The notes under the pieces: generated by a model
Database searches by the model: none
Seen by the model: only the letters and a program-made list of their open reading frames with translations
Told to the model about the DNA's origin: nothing
In this document: positions 13,701-25,700 of the stretch, in pieces
Layout: every line of letters begins with the position of its first letter
How positions within the stretch are numbered: position 1 is the first letter of the stretch
Source: Ascidiella aspersa
Lineage: Eukaryota
Direction of reading: 5' to 3'
Length of the DNA: 64,000 bases
NCBI GenBank assembly: GCA_963924565.1
Contig: OZ004609.1
Coordinates: 31,806,001-31,870,000, forward strand
Translations under genes and position numbers: made by a program

Positions 13701-16700
13701 GTGAAAGTGTATGTTCCAACAACCACAAGAACAAATAGCAAGACTACAGAAATATTAGCAACAAAAGCTATACTCGAGAGATATAAAAAGTCTCTCACAC
13801 TGAAATGTCATCGCAACTGGAAACTGAGAAGATTGTAAACTGTATGTTTAGTCAAAGCAGATGCTAGCGCTTCTCACCATTACTACTATTACCTTTCGAT
13901 ATACAAGCAATGTCACCTCACATAATCGCTATAAACATCACGCCATTTCCCAAATCGTGCCATCCCGCCGTACATTGAACGTCACTGCTTGGACTCTTCC
14001 CTAAATGAGTCGGTGCCGAGTGACGCTGCCGCCTTCCTAGTTCTGAAGAGAGACGAACTTTGACGCAATGATTACCGTAAACAAACCGGGCCAGAAGAAG
14101 TGCACCGCGTCGGATTCACACTCGGTCGCTTTCAAAATACGTATAGTTTCCGGCCACTTGCCTACGCGATAGCTCCGAACCTGTTAGCCGTTTGAGGGTT
14201 CTTTTTAACCCAGTGGGGGTGAACGTTTGGCGTGACTCAAACACTCGTGAGCACCTCAATGAAAGGAGCCCAAACTGCACGATTTTTAATGCTAATTTAC
14301 GATAGATATTTAATTAACATACGGCTCACTAATGGAATAATGAATCACCCAGTATTGTCCAGGTCTTTAGCTTTTCCATATATCTCCTTGCACGCAATTC
14401 GTTAACAGCCTTTGCCACAATTGCTTTCGACTAAGAAAGGTGAAGATGAACAGTATCGGAATTGAACACAGCGAAGGAACAACAAAACATTTCTGGGCAA
14501 ACTTGTGAGTCATGCCCTTTTTGGTGTCTGTATACCGCAAGGGGTTTTTACGCAGCCCACGTACCCACTATTACAATGCGACTGAATGATTTTCAGTAAC
14601 GCTTAATTTAAGTGCGAGGGGGCGTAGGAACAGACTTGTACCTTGTGGTGGTCACCTCAATTTGTTAGTTTTAAAATATAAAAACAAATTTTACGATAGG
14701 GTTTGATAGGTAGAAAATTCAGCACTATAAACCAGGAAACTATAGGATCAAAATTCCCAACCAAAAAGAATGTACAAGCTACTGTTTCAGTTCCAAATCA
14801 CTTAGGTGTCGTGCAACTCAGCTAAAAGGTTAAATGATATCGCATGACAGTTGCGGAATTCGGACAAATCACACCCTTTTCCGTGATTCAAACGCCAACG
14901 GGGCGGGCTGAAGTGTTGTTCGCCTTTACCCTTTCACCCATTACATCCGGCATTTGGCAACACAACCCGTGATCGTTTGTACACGTGAAAGAATTTCGAT
15001 ACGCAATGCTTACTTTTACTGCGGAAAAATCAAAGCGCACTCCTCTTTTTCACCCGGTTTACAATCAACTGGAATTTTACTTATCGAGTCGTCTTACGCA
15101 TTCCAAACTAAATGAAACCTTTTAAAGCAGCATGAAAACAAACCCAATATGTGAATTCTTCACATACTACAAGTTACAACATTTTTGTGGGATCTGATAC
15201 AAGGTTTTATGAGAAATCCATGAGAAATTGCAGCGCTTTTGTACACTTAATTTCCACGAAGACAATAAATTAAGGTTATACATTGCCAATCCGAGCAACT
15301 GTACAAGTTTTAAATACAAGACTTCGACGTGTTTACTAGAAGTAAAATTGCGACCTGATGTTAAGTATAGCTATCGTCTCTAACTTAACCAATTGAACCT
15401 TCTAGATCTAGACATTAAATACCGATCGCGTACCACAACTGTATATCCTTCAGTATAGAGGCGCTGTGCGTAACCTCCATAAAACATATTTTCATGATTT
15501 AAATTAAATTCCAGAACGTTCATTCCAAACGAGCCGGAACGTTGCCGCCTCTGACACAGTCAAAAGGCGATGAAAAGTTTCGCATTCCATACAGGCCAGA
15601 ATAAACGGCCATTCAAAGTAAAACCGGGTCTTTTTGGCCGTAGCATTGCGCAAAATATTATAACTGTTAATTTTATATGGTTAATCCAAAAAGTATGAGC
15701 TAGCTAAGCCCAGTTACTTTGACAATCAAATTTGCTCCGCTTTTTACGTCGTTCGATCAAAATATGGCCAAACTAGTGTAAAAAAATAGAGCCGGCCGAT
15801 TTATTTACGGTCACATAAGTTGGCTGAAATGAGAATATACGGTGTGCGTCACGTTTGCATTCATGCGCGAACGCGGATCTTTTCCGAGGTAGCAATTTGT
15901 GAATAAGTGTGATGTTCCGTGTCATCACGAAGACCAACACGTGAAGACATTTATACTAACAAGCCACAGTCGCACCATACGCGTTGTAGTCACATTTAAG
16001 CATAAGATAAACCTCAAATAACCAACCTTATGTTAAGTTCCATTTACACGCAAATTTATTCTTCCAGTACACTTTTATTACCGTTAATTAGTAAGTGATA
16101 TCTCCAACACTTCGCCCTTACAAAATATCTCAGAAATCACTAGAGCCTCAAAAAAATTTAAAGATTCTAAAGCACTTCACTTTACTATATGAAACAATCA
16201 TAGTCGCAGCGAATAAACTTTCTGTCCTGCAAATCCTTTTTCTGTGTTTAAGTCAGTATTCGAGGTAAAGTACCTTCTATGTCTCTTTTCTGTATTTAGG
16301 TCAATATTCTAGCTCAAGAGTTCTATGTATTTTTTCTGTGTTTAAGTCAGTAACATTCATCTTCCAGGAGCCAGCCTCCGAACCGTACAAATCAGCCAGA
16401 CATACGGTGATCGGTCTCAATTCCTAATTAACCAACGCACTTTTTCAAGCTGACAAAGTCTCAACCCTTAGCCAGACTTATCCGCACACGCAGCAGCCCT
16501 AAGCCGCTCGACGGAGCATACTTCAAAGCCTCTGTCGCTTCACGCTCTTGGCGAAAGGCAAGTCAGTCCTAGCAGAAACAGAAGCAGCAAAAGCTTTTAC
16601 GACACGCCGACTGCAGATGTTTACATTTCCACTTCAGGATGGGTTACGTCATAGAGTGCCTGTCCCGGCCCCACGAAAGGCGTCCAGGTTTAGGCATACG

Positions 16701-19700
16701 TCATTTACTATTGGCGCAACATTGGTGTCATCAAAATATATACTCGACCCGTCAATTAGCGGTCGTTAAATTGGCTGACCTGTTGGTTGAAGCGATGTTG
16801 TGAAGGTATACGGACGTTGAAAGATGTAACTGTAAATGCTCTTTTGTTGCATTAGTGGACTTCATTAAAGTTGTCTGTGCCCTGTATACCCTTTCTACAA
16901 ATTTATTTGTTTTAAATTGTCTTAAAGGTGACTTCATTTTTCTTTAAACAAATTACATCAAATCGTAGAATCTGAAGCTTTCTTTGATTTAAAATACAGG
17001 GTTGAAGAAACACTCAACCGAAACAAACATCTAAGGCTCAAGTAACATATGAAAGATAATCTTGTTCTGCTTGGCGAGAAAAGTCATCTTTTATTTATGA
17101 ATTGCCTTGCAATGGTTTGCACTTGCTCACCAATCACGTCCTGAATAGGGTAGCTGGTTTGCAGAGCTTTGGTGTAGGCCAGGTGTTCTTAACGTGATCC
17201 TATTTCGGTTTTAGTAACGGTACGTTCGATCCATTGAAGTACTATAATTGATCCAAACGACTGATAACCCCTGGCGCGTGGGAAAGCCTAAAAATCATAG
17301 ATTTGAATATAACCAATCACAATACTTTCAACAAGTTGAAACAATTGCTGTACGGAATATACCACAGATAATACAATGCGAAAGAAAGATTGTTGCCTTC
17401 GCGTCAGATGAGATGATTTTAAGGACATATTTATGAAAACCGTCTATAAAAACAGTAGTTACGACAAAGTTTTCGTTATTGTTAAAATCCTAGGTAAAAT
17501 CAAAGACACCTGAAGTACGTTTAAATACGCTAGAAAGGGTATTAATTAATTCGCAAGAGGATATAGCTTTTTCAAAATACAACTTTTTATCCTATGCGCC
17601 GCAAACTGTCCAATATACCCCAACAAAATGAAATAAATGAGCATTTCAGTCAACCAGAAAAAAAATCTAAAAACAGTTTGGCCATGTGTCAAGTTTTTTT
17701 AACTGATTCACATAATGCGTCAACGCCCACTTTGTAGCACTTAACAAACATGCAATTGGCAATTTGGATCGCGTATTTACTCAAAAACATAGAGTATTTT
17801 CTTCCGAATATGGACATGATCTAAGTTGGAAGTGGAAATAAGCTCACCGCGCAGAAAAGGCGTTTAAATGCTTTTTGTAAAGCGAATTAGCAGTACGAGG
17901 GCGTGGGCGAAGCTATTAAGCTCATAGGGATAAGCACCGACGGCTTGATAACACTTGTGTCTTGCGTTTGAACTTAATTTGCGTCTGAAATAAAAAATCT
18001 ACTTCACGCTGTCGCAAAATTGCTTTTCTGGGATAATCATGTAAGCTTCTATATGGTGTTTAAAGATAACAGATGCCACAGTGATGAAACCGCTATATAG
18101 AACAAACCACAGCTTTTGGCGTTAAATTAAATTACAACACATGTATTTCAGCCTGATGTGCATATTCGCTCTATGACAGTAATTATCTCAATGAAGTAAC
18201 TTACTTTTTGTCTTTAAACCCTCGCCATCTTCACAATTCATGTTCCATGCAACTTAAGGTGTTTGTAAGGCAAGGCGGTATTTCTGCATTATCACCCCTC
18301 AAATCCTTCTAAGCAGAAACGGCAGCAAAGCGAGCGTCGAATTACATTGCCACCCGTAGTTAAGCCGTGGGCCGTACGTTGACTGAGTCAGGGAACCACA
18401 ACGACAAAATTACAGGCTTAAGCTAAACCCTCGAACGCTAGCGACGCACTCGCGGTTACTGCCAGCCCGCTTATTGTAACAGGTGCCAAAGACCCGAGTC
18501 CTCAACAAAGTATACGACTAGAAGGGGCAATTTTGCCACTATTACGACCAGGTGTCTTTGCTTGGCATGCAAACGTGGGGCGTGTTGTTTTTTTGCCGAA
18601 AGCATTTCACGCAGAATCCGATACCCAGGGGCAAGGGGCTAAGGGGATTTCTTATTGATCTTGTCATAGAAGGGGTAATGGATGGGTGCGAGGGTTATGT
18701 CTGAGTTTGTTTTCTTTTCATAGAATACTGTTTAAACATAATTGATTTAATTTTAACTAAAGAAAATTCTGCCTAATTGACTGTAACAATTTTACTCGTT
18801 TGACCAATCGCGCCTTGCGATTCTTCTAAGGTGATTTTTTTTATATAACTCATAGTTTGGTATGCAAATCAATCGCGGCAACAGACCTACGTGTGCGGTA
18901 AAAAAAATCAATAAGACTGAACAACAAAGATTTGCATATATCAGGCTTAATTAGCCCCCTGCCTTTCGCTCGCATACCTAAAACCGCAAAACAAACAAAG
19001 GCAGCATTCTGCGTTCTGCTTCCTAATTAGCCAGTTGGCCGTCTAACAAGACTTCTTAAAGCGGCCGGCACCCTCTTCTATCTAAGTTCGGTGCCCTTTT
19101 TTGCTGAGAATGCCACAAAGTTATAGGGTAGAAAATTGGAGAACTTACACGCTTTTTTAGTGCCTAAGTTAAAAAATCGAGTTCTGTTAATTTTCTGGTG
19201 GGCATTTTAGAAAACAAAATTAACAAAAGGCTTCTTCGAAAGGGCTCATAAACAGGCCAACTATACTTTGCACCATCAACTTTCACCACCTTACACGAAG
19301 CGTGCAAGCTGTCAAGTGTTTGGGCCAAGAACAACACAAGCCGAAGCCGCACTGTGGCAAGTTAATCCAGTTGCGATGTGCCACGAAAACCATACCTTAC
19401 CCTTATGTTTAACCCGGACCCGGAAAATTGCTTAAATCAATCAATTGGGTAAACCGGGTAGGAAGGAATTTGGTCTCGGCAGTTGTCTGATACACGCTAC
19501 CAGTAAGTCGACGCTTTCAGAAAGGCTAGTCGAAATTAGTCAGCTTTAACTGATAAGCTATGCCGCTGTAGGGGAACTGTCTTAAGTAAGGTTTGAACTC
19601 ACAACCTTGGGTCACCGCCAAGTCTATATGTACTCACCTTCGAAGGCTAAGAACCGATCTTTATACCGAGTTCTGCTTCATTATGTTATAGTTAATCATA

Positions 19701-22700
19701 AAGATTAGGATAGCAATAAATATTCACAAGTGTATTAACAGTCGGTCAATATTATATTGTTACGCCAAGTAACATCATTCTGTTTTGTTTAACAAGACCA
19801 TGCGCTGTTATTTTTTAAAGCATTCTTTACCAACAAACTTCATTATATTTCACTAAAACACTTTCCGCAATTCCATTTTTAACACTTCCAAAGGACTTAA
19901 ACCTTAAGATTCTTTGGAAGCTAGGCATAAACGAAACTAGGCTAAACCAAACACGATAAAATCAAACAATGCGATTCTATAAAAAGCTGCATCTTCGTGC
20001 AAGCCTTAATCGGCAAAGATAACAAAATAGATGAACTGTTTCGTGGACAAAATCGTGCAGAAAAAGCCAGCGGTTCGTTGCCGGGTAACGTGTAATTTGT
20101 TCGGAAACCACCGCAAAATGTATAAACAAGCATCCCCCAACCCCTTCTTAAGACCCGTCGCTTGTTTTGACTTTTGATCTTGCATTAGAGCAGTAGAGGG
20201 GCAACGAACCGAAGCCGAATCGCTAGAATAGCGGCGAAGAACAACGGAAACCATCGGACAAAAGATGGCCTCCGAACGAGTCGACAACGGGTGTCAAACA
20301 GCGACCCAATGTCACACCGCAGCTCCTAAACGTGCTTTCATTGCCACGACCGTGACAGTACAGCTCAGCTCAGCGACGCTTAAGCGTACATAGGAGGACC
20401 TTTGCGACATGTGTTATGAAGCTCTGTATACACTGCGCGTTCATTGCCACTGCGCGCGACGATTTGTGCGTCAGGTTTCGACAAGATTGGGATCCAGCAC
20501 TCGGCTGAAGTAGTGATTCAGCGTCTGGCGATGCTACAGTTTTTCTTTTTTGTGCTGGCAAGGTTAATTGACTCGGGGAAAATGAATGCAAGTCATTTAT
20601 AGAGCTCGTTAGGTTTTTTTTATAACATCATTGCATCAATTGATACTTGCTTCGCTCTATTGTCATCGATAACAGGGTATTGTTATTTTGTATGGCATGA
20701 TATGACTTTGCATAAACGGCCATTCGGTTTATACTAATCGGGAGATAAAAGTAACACTTGTTTGTTGTGATTTGAACTAGCAGCCCCGGGAAAACAGGTA
20801 AACATATTTTCTTTAATTATAAATTGGTTGCCGACAACATTTTTAATGATACGTGTCAACGTTTAGATTACCTAAGCTTTTAATTCTAAAAACTTAAAAC
20901 TAAGCGAAAGATATATGTATGTCAAATATATACGTGTCCCATAATATTGTTATATTTCAGCTAAATCATATTATGAAGAAATTTTTATCATACAACGTCT
21001 TTGAACCACCGCGAAATTTGGTTATCCGTTAACACTTGACATTCGTTAATACTTAGGCGTTCTTTAATAACCCTGTTGTTGACTGGAAAACGTGTTCGGA
21101 GCTAGAAGCCTTTGCAAATGCCGTAACACATTTTGCAAATAATGGCTGAGCGGTAAATCTAATTTCTTGTTTGGAACGTTTTGCTGGTAACCACATGCCG
21201 TTATTACGTGAGTTGAAACAAGGAAATTCAATCGATGGCCTTTAAATTTAACAATACGCACAGCAAGCAAGTTGCGCAAAGCAACAAAAATTTCTAAAAG
21301 TTGCAATTTTCGCTGTCCTCATACATCGGTATCACGTCGTTGTTCGCAATTCTTATCACTTTTTTGCTAACGATATTAACATACTTCAGCAGTAACTTGC
21401 CATAAAAAGTAGAAGCTAGCGAGATGCCTACCTCTCTCCACGTCGTCGATCATGATTGGTTGGCTTCCTCTCAACGTCAAACCAAAGCTCTTTTCACCTC
21501 GAGGAACCTTCACAGATCTGTAAACACAAACGCTTGTTGTAAGACGAGCAGTAGTTTTAAACAACAGTTGGAAGAAGGTGCGCAAGCCTGGATCGTTTAT
21601 TAGCGGCGAATCAAAAAGAATATTTAGGGTAGGCTATTTGCAAAACTGATTTTGGTGGAAAACTGTAGGGTACCTTCCTTTACGTTACGTGAAACAAACT
21701 GAAGCAGTATTGTTTTGAAGGTTACCCCAAAATGTAATCAGGAATGAATTGGTCTAAACAGGGGTGTCCAACTCAAACATGCCGGCGTGCCAATGTTTAT
21801 CTTATAACTTTTTCCCGTGCCAAAGTTCAGTAACTAATTCTTTCTTATAATAACTAATTCTCTTCTAAACAATATAATGTTAAAGTATTAGAAGTAATTG
21901 TTTGTTGTCGTGCTTGCCGCGACTGTTTTATATTGTAAATAAACAATGACAATTTATTGTATAAAAAATTAAGCATTTTTTGACAATTGGCTGAATAACA
22001 AATTAAGTATTTTAGGGGCTCTTGCATGCCATTTTTTATTAGGTCGCGTGCCGCTTGTTGGACACCCCTGGTCTAAACAATGTCACAAATCCCTGGAAGA
22101 TTTTGAGTAAATCATATAAGTTGTTGGGTACACTATGTGTGACTGAAAAGCAAATCAAAGCTTCACTTATAAAGCTTGTGTCCTACCTTTTATAAGTGAA
22201 GCTTTGATTTGCTTTTCAGTCACACTGACTGAAGATGATACAAGTTCGTATCGAAACGTCTTAATCAAGATGCTGTCGATCTACTCGACCTTTTTGGCTT
22301 TGAAATTTATTATTAAGCTACATATAAGTTGCATTATACTGTTTTACTCCGCTTTGTAATTTAAAGCCCAGTCCCCTGTTATTCTATGTTGGTAGTGAAA
22401 CCGTGACGTTCATGGTCGCGAGCATTTCTTACAAGTACAGGAAACGATGTGAAACCGGCGAAGTGAGTTTCCTCCTGATGTTGCAAAGAAAACAGCGCTC
22501 TGCACCTTAAAATGCTGATTCCCATTTAGGCGACATACCGATGCGTTGCAAGAATCCCGTTGGCCAAAGCTTTCAAACCTCGAGATATGTGGTTGTTGCC
22601 GAAACGTAATTACGGCATTTTTTCAGCATGCATCTTGTTTGCAGAGCGACTCGACTCCTCAAAAGGGGGATTTAAAGTAAAAGATTGAACGCACGGTTCA

Positions 22701-25700
22701 GTGAAGCAATACGGACGCCCGTGACCCAATCACTTTTGTTTTGACACAAATACCACTTCTGCTGTATACACAGCTATCTTATTTCCAGCCTTATGCAACG
22801 ACACTTGTGCGATTTCTTAAATAAAAAAATTGTTTCCCGTGAGCACGCTATTTTGACACATTTTTATTGTTAAACTTGAACACATGATCTGTTACAGATG
22901 TGCTATAAATCCATTTTTTCTGAAATAATATTGTATTTTAAACCACTTCTTTGCCGATGCGTGGCCTATGCAAAGAATCACAATATTTGATCTGATGTAC
23001 TTAACTCGATATATGACGTTGCTGGACTAACTTATGTTCCTGGACTAACCTCTGGGTTGTTCAGGTGTCCAATGACCTTAGGTTTGAAACGACCTTTGAC
23101 CTCCAACTTAGCCGAAATGAACACCTATTTCTTAAAATTTGATTTAATTAAACCACATAAAAGTTCAATAAAAATATTAAAGTCGCAATATCGACGAAAT
23201 CGACATTTTATTGTTAACCAACGTTTCGGCAAAACATTATGCCGTCATGGGTATAACAATTCAAGTAAAAATAAAAGCGATAGCATTAAAAAGAAAAACA
23301 GGACAAAAGTAACATGAAAAGTAGGCTATGTATAAGTCAGTTAGTACCAGTTTGTAAAACACTAAATGCCTATTTTATTGAATATTATGGATTTTATATA
23401 TTTATCAAATTTTTTGGTTGCTTACATGAAATCAAATTTTAAGAAAAAATTGTGCATTTCGGTTAAGGTAAAAGTCAAAGGTCCTTACAAACCTTAAGGT
23501 CATTGGGCACCAATAAAACCGTATTCCAACAAGAACGAAACTAAAATGTAAGTAATTAATGTTGTGTTTCAGCAGGGCCCCTCATAGTTTCAGCAGGGCC
23601 CCTCATTTTTCTTAAAAATTCAATAAAAACGGAACTTCTGTAGTGCTCGGGATTTCCGCAAGGACTTGGGCTAGGCGGGGCGCTGACATCGAAAGAAAGC
23701 AAAAGATAAGTTTCCACCCGTTGGTCATGGGAGAACGCAATCTCAAGCAGCAAACTCGCAAAATAAGCGATAATAAGGCTGTAAGGTTATGAGCCTTTGT
23801 CGTACTAAATTTCTTTTTTTGCCTTTTCTTTTTTAGTCTTTTTTACGTGGTTTGTTTTCTATTTGTTGTGTTGTGTAAGTTCAGCTGCGGTAAGGCTACT
23901 GTTTCTGACCCGGGGGTCGTTTAAAATTGGTTTACGTAAACACGGAAACTTTCGCTTGGAAAAAATCTTAGAAAATAATGAGCGAAAAATAGATGCATTC
24001 CCGTGAGAAATTTGCTTCCAGGAAAAACAGTAGTGTCATTTGTAATGATTAGGAAGACATGCCTACAAAATACCCTTGGGAACCAGATAAGTTCCATTAC
24101 TATTTCTGACACATGTTTGTTGTTTCAGTGAGTGTGAATAGTTAAAGTTAAATTACGAAATCCCAAACGAATTAACTTAACGAATCAGAATATATTTTAC
24201 CAAAACAAGAACTAAATACACAATTAATTCATATAAATTTTTGTTTATTCTGCAATTTCTTATCGAAATGCATTGTTTGTAGCATAAACGGCGTCATACT
24301 TATTTTGACATAAAGCTGTGTTATTGTTTTTAGACGTGTTATTTGCCAACGCTATAGGCAATGTTCAAACATATATTTGCCAAACATTAAATTTAATTGA
24401 AAAAATATACGAAAATAAATCTGGTTTTATGTATGGTGCATTTTATTTGTAAAAAGCGGTTTTGATGGTCAGCAATACCTGATCCTTTGCACGTATGAAT
24501 TGACTCCCTGGTCGTGTTGAACAAACGCGTTGCAACTTCCGTTAGATAGCGCCATGGAGCAGCAACAAGATGGAAGGGAGCAATCACAAGTGACCAGGAT
24601 AGGAACATCGTTTAACGAAATCTACAGATCAATAATATCATGAATCAATATTACAATGAGCAATAATACTTAGTATGTAAAATATATTGTTCTCAGCGCT
24701 CTGCTAAATTCTTTGGCAAGTAAACAAAAATTCCAAAAGGATAGGAGTTTTGCATTTCTCATTTATCTTCGTCGCGCTGTGGCTGGAACTTCTTGTCCAT
24801 TTTTTGATGACGGTATAACATAGTTTATCAGTACTTTGTTGGAAAAGTATAGAAGCTATCATTTGCACACCAGTTTGTTGGAGAATATCACTCTTCGAAA
24901 GACTAATTTTTAAAATGTAACGTAAAAAGAATTTTTCTCTCAAATAAAACTCACAAGTTATAATCGAATATTTAAGTTATTTGATATTCAGTGTAATATA
25001 TACAGAGGTGAATGAAAGAAGTTGTTAAGTATTAAAGTGTGCTAATTTTAAGAGCGCGATTACCTGAGGCGCAGCAAACGTCGTATGGCCGGTGTTATTT
25101 TGAACCGCCATGATTCGGTCGAAAGCGTCTTTGTGGTGTTTCGGAATGAAATATCTGAAAAAATCATGATGGTTTTATTCCAATTTGACCTATCTCTTAT
25201 CTCTCGTCCTATCTCTTTTCTACCGGGTATGTAAAAATACCACAAAAATGAAACCTACTCAGTTTGCATATATTCTACAGCAACCACTGTGGACGAACAG
25301 AAGGCCTAGTTATTGGTGACCATATCGAACATAAGCTTGAGCGTCGACAAAAACAAAATAATAAATTGTTGAAACAAAAACTATGGATTCTACCTGAACT
25401 AAGTAGACTGTGTCAGTTTTGCACTTATTTACTGTACACTGAGAGCCTTGACTAACGCCAATCGAAATCACTCGGCTTATTAAGGTTTGTCGTCATCGTC
25501 CATCAGCATAACTTTACAAGGTCAAGCCCGCATATGTATTAATATGTATACATGGGGGAATAAAATAAGTAAAAACAACACAAAAATGAAACGAAACCAA
25601 GTGTAGCTCAGTTGATAAAGCGATTGTCCCGATGCGTCTACAAAGATATTACTGTATGTAAGGTTATAAAGCCATGCCTTAGTATGGAAATCCTCGAGAG

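Noticed and set aside
19638-19646. 9-nt microexon with a strong donor (AAG|GTGAGT, minus strand) in the large intron
   Set aside because: It would insert three residues into PDZ3, has a poor pyrimidine tract and abuts a SINE-like relic. Such matches are expected by chance in 15 kb.
25601-25630. tRNA gene (GTAGCTCAGTTGATAAAGCG A-box-like)
   Set aside because: No B box or cloverleaf follows. At most a SINE or tRNA relic.
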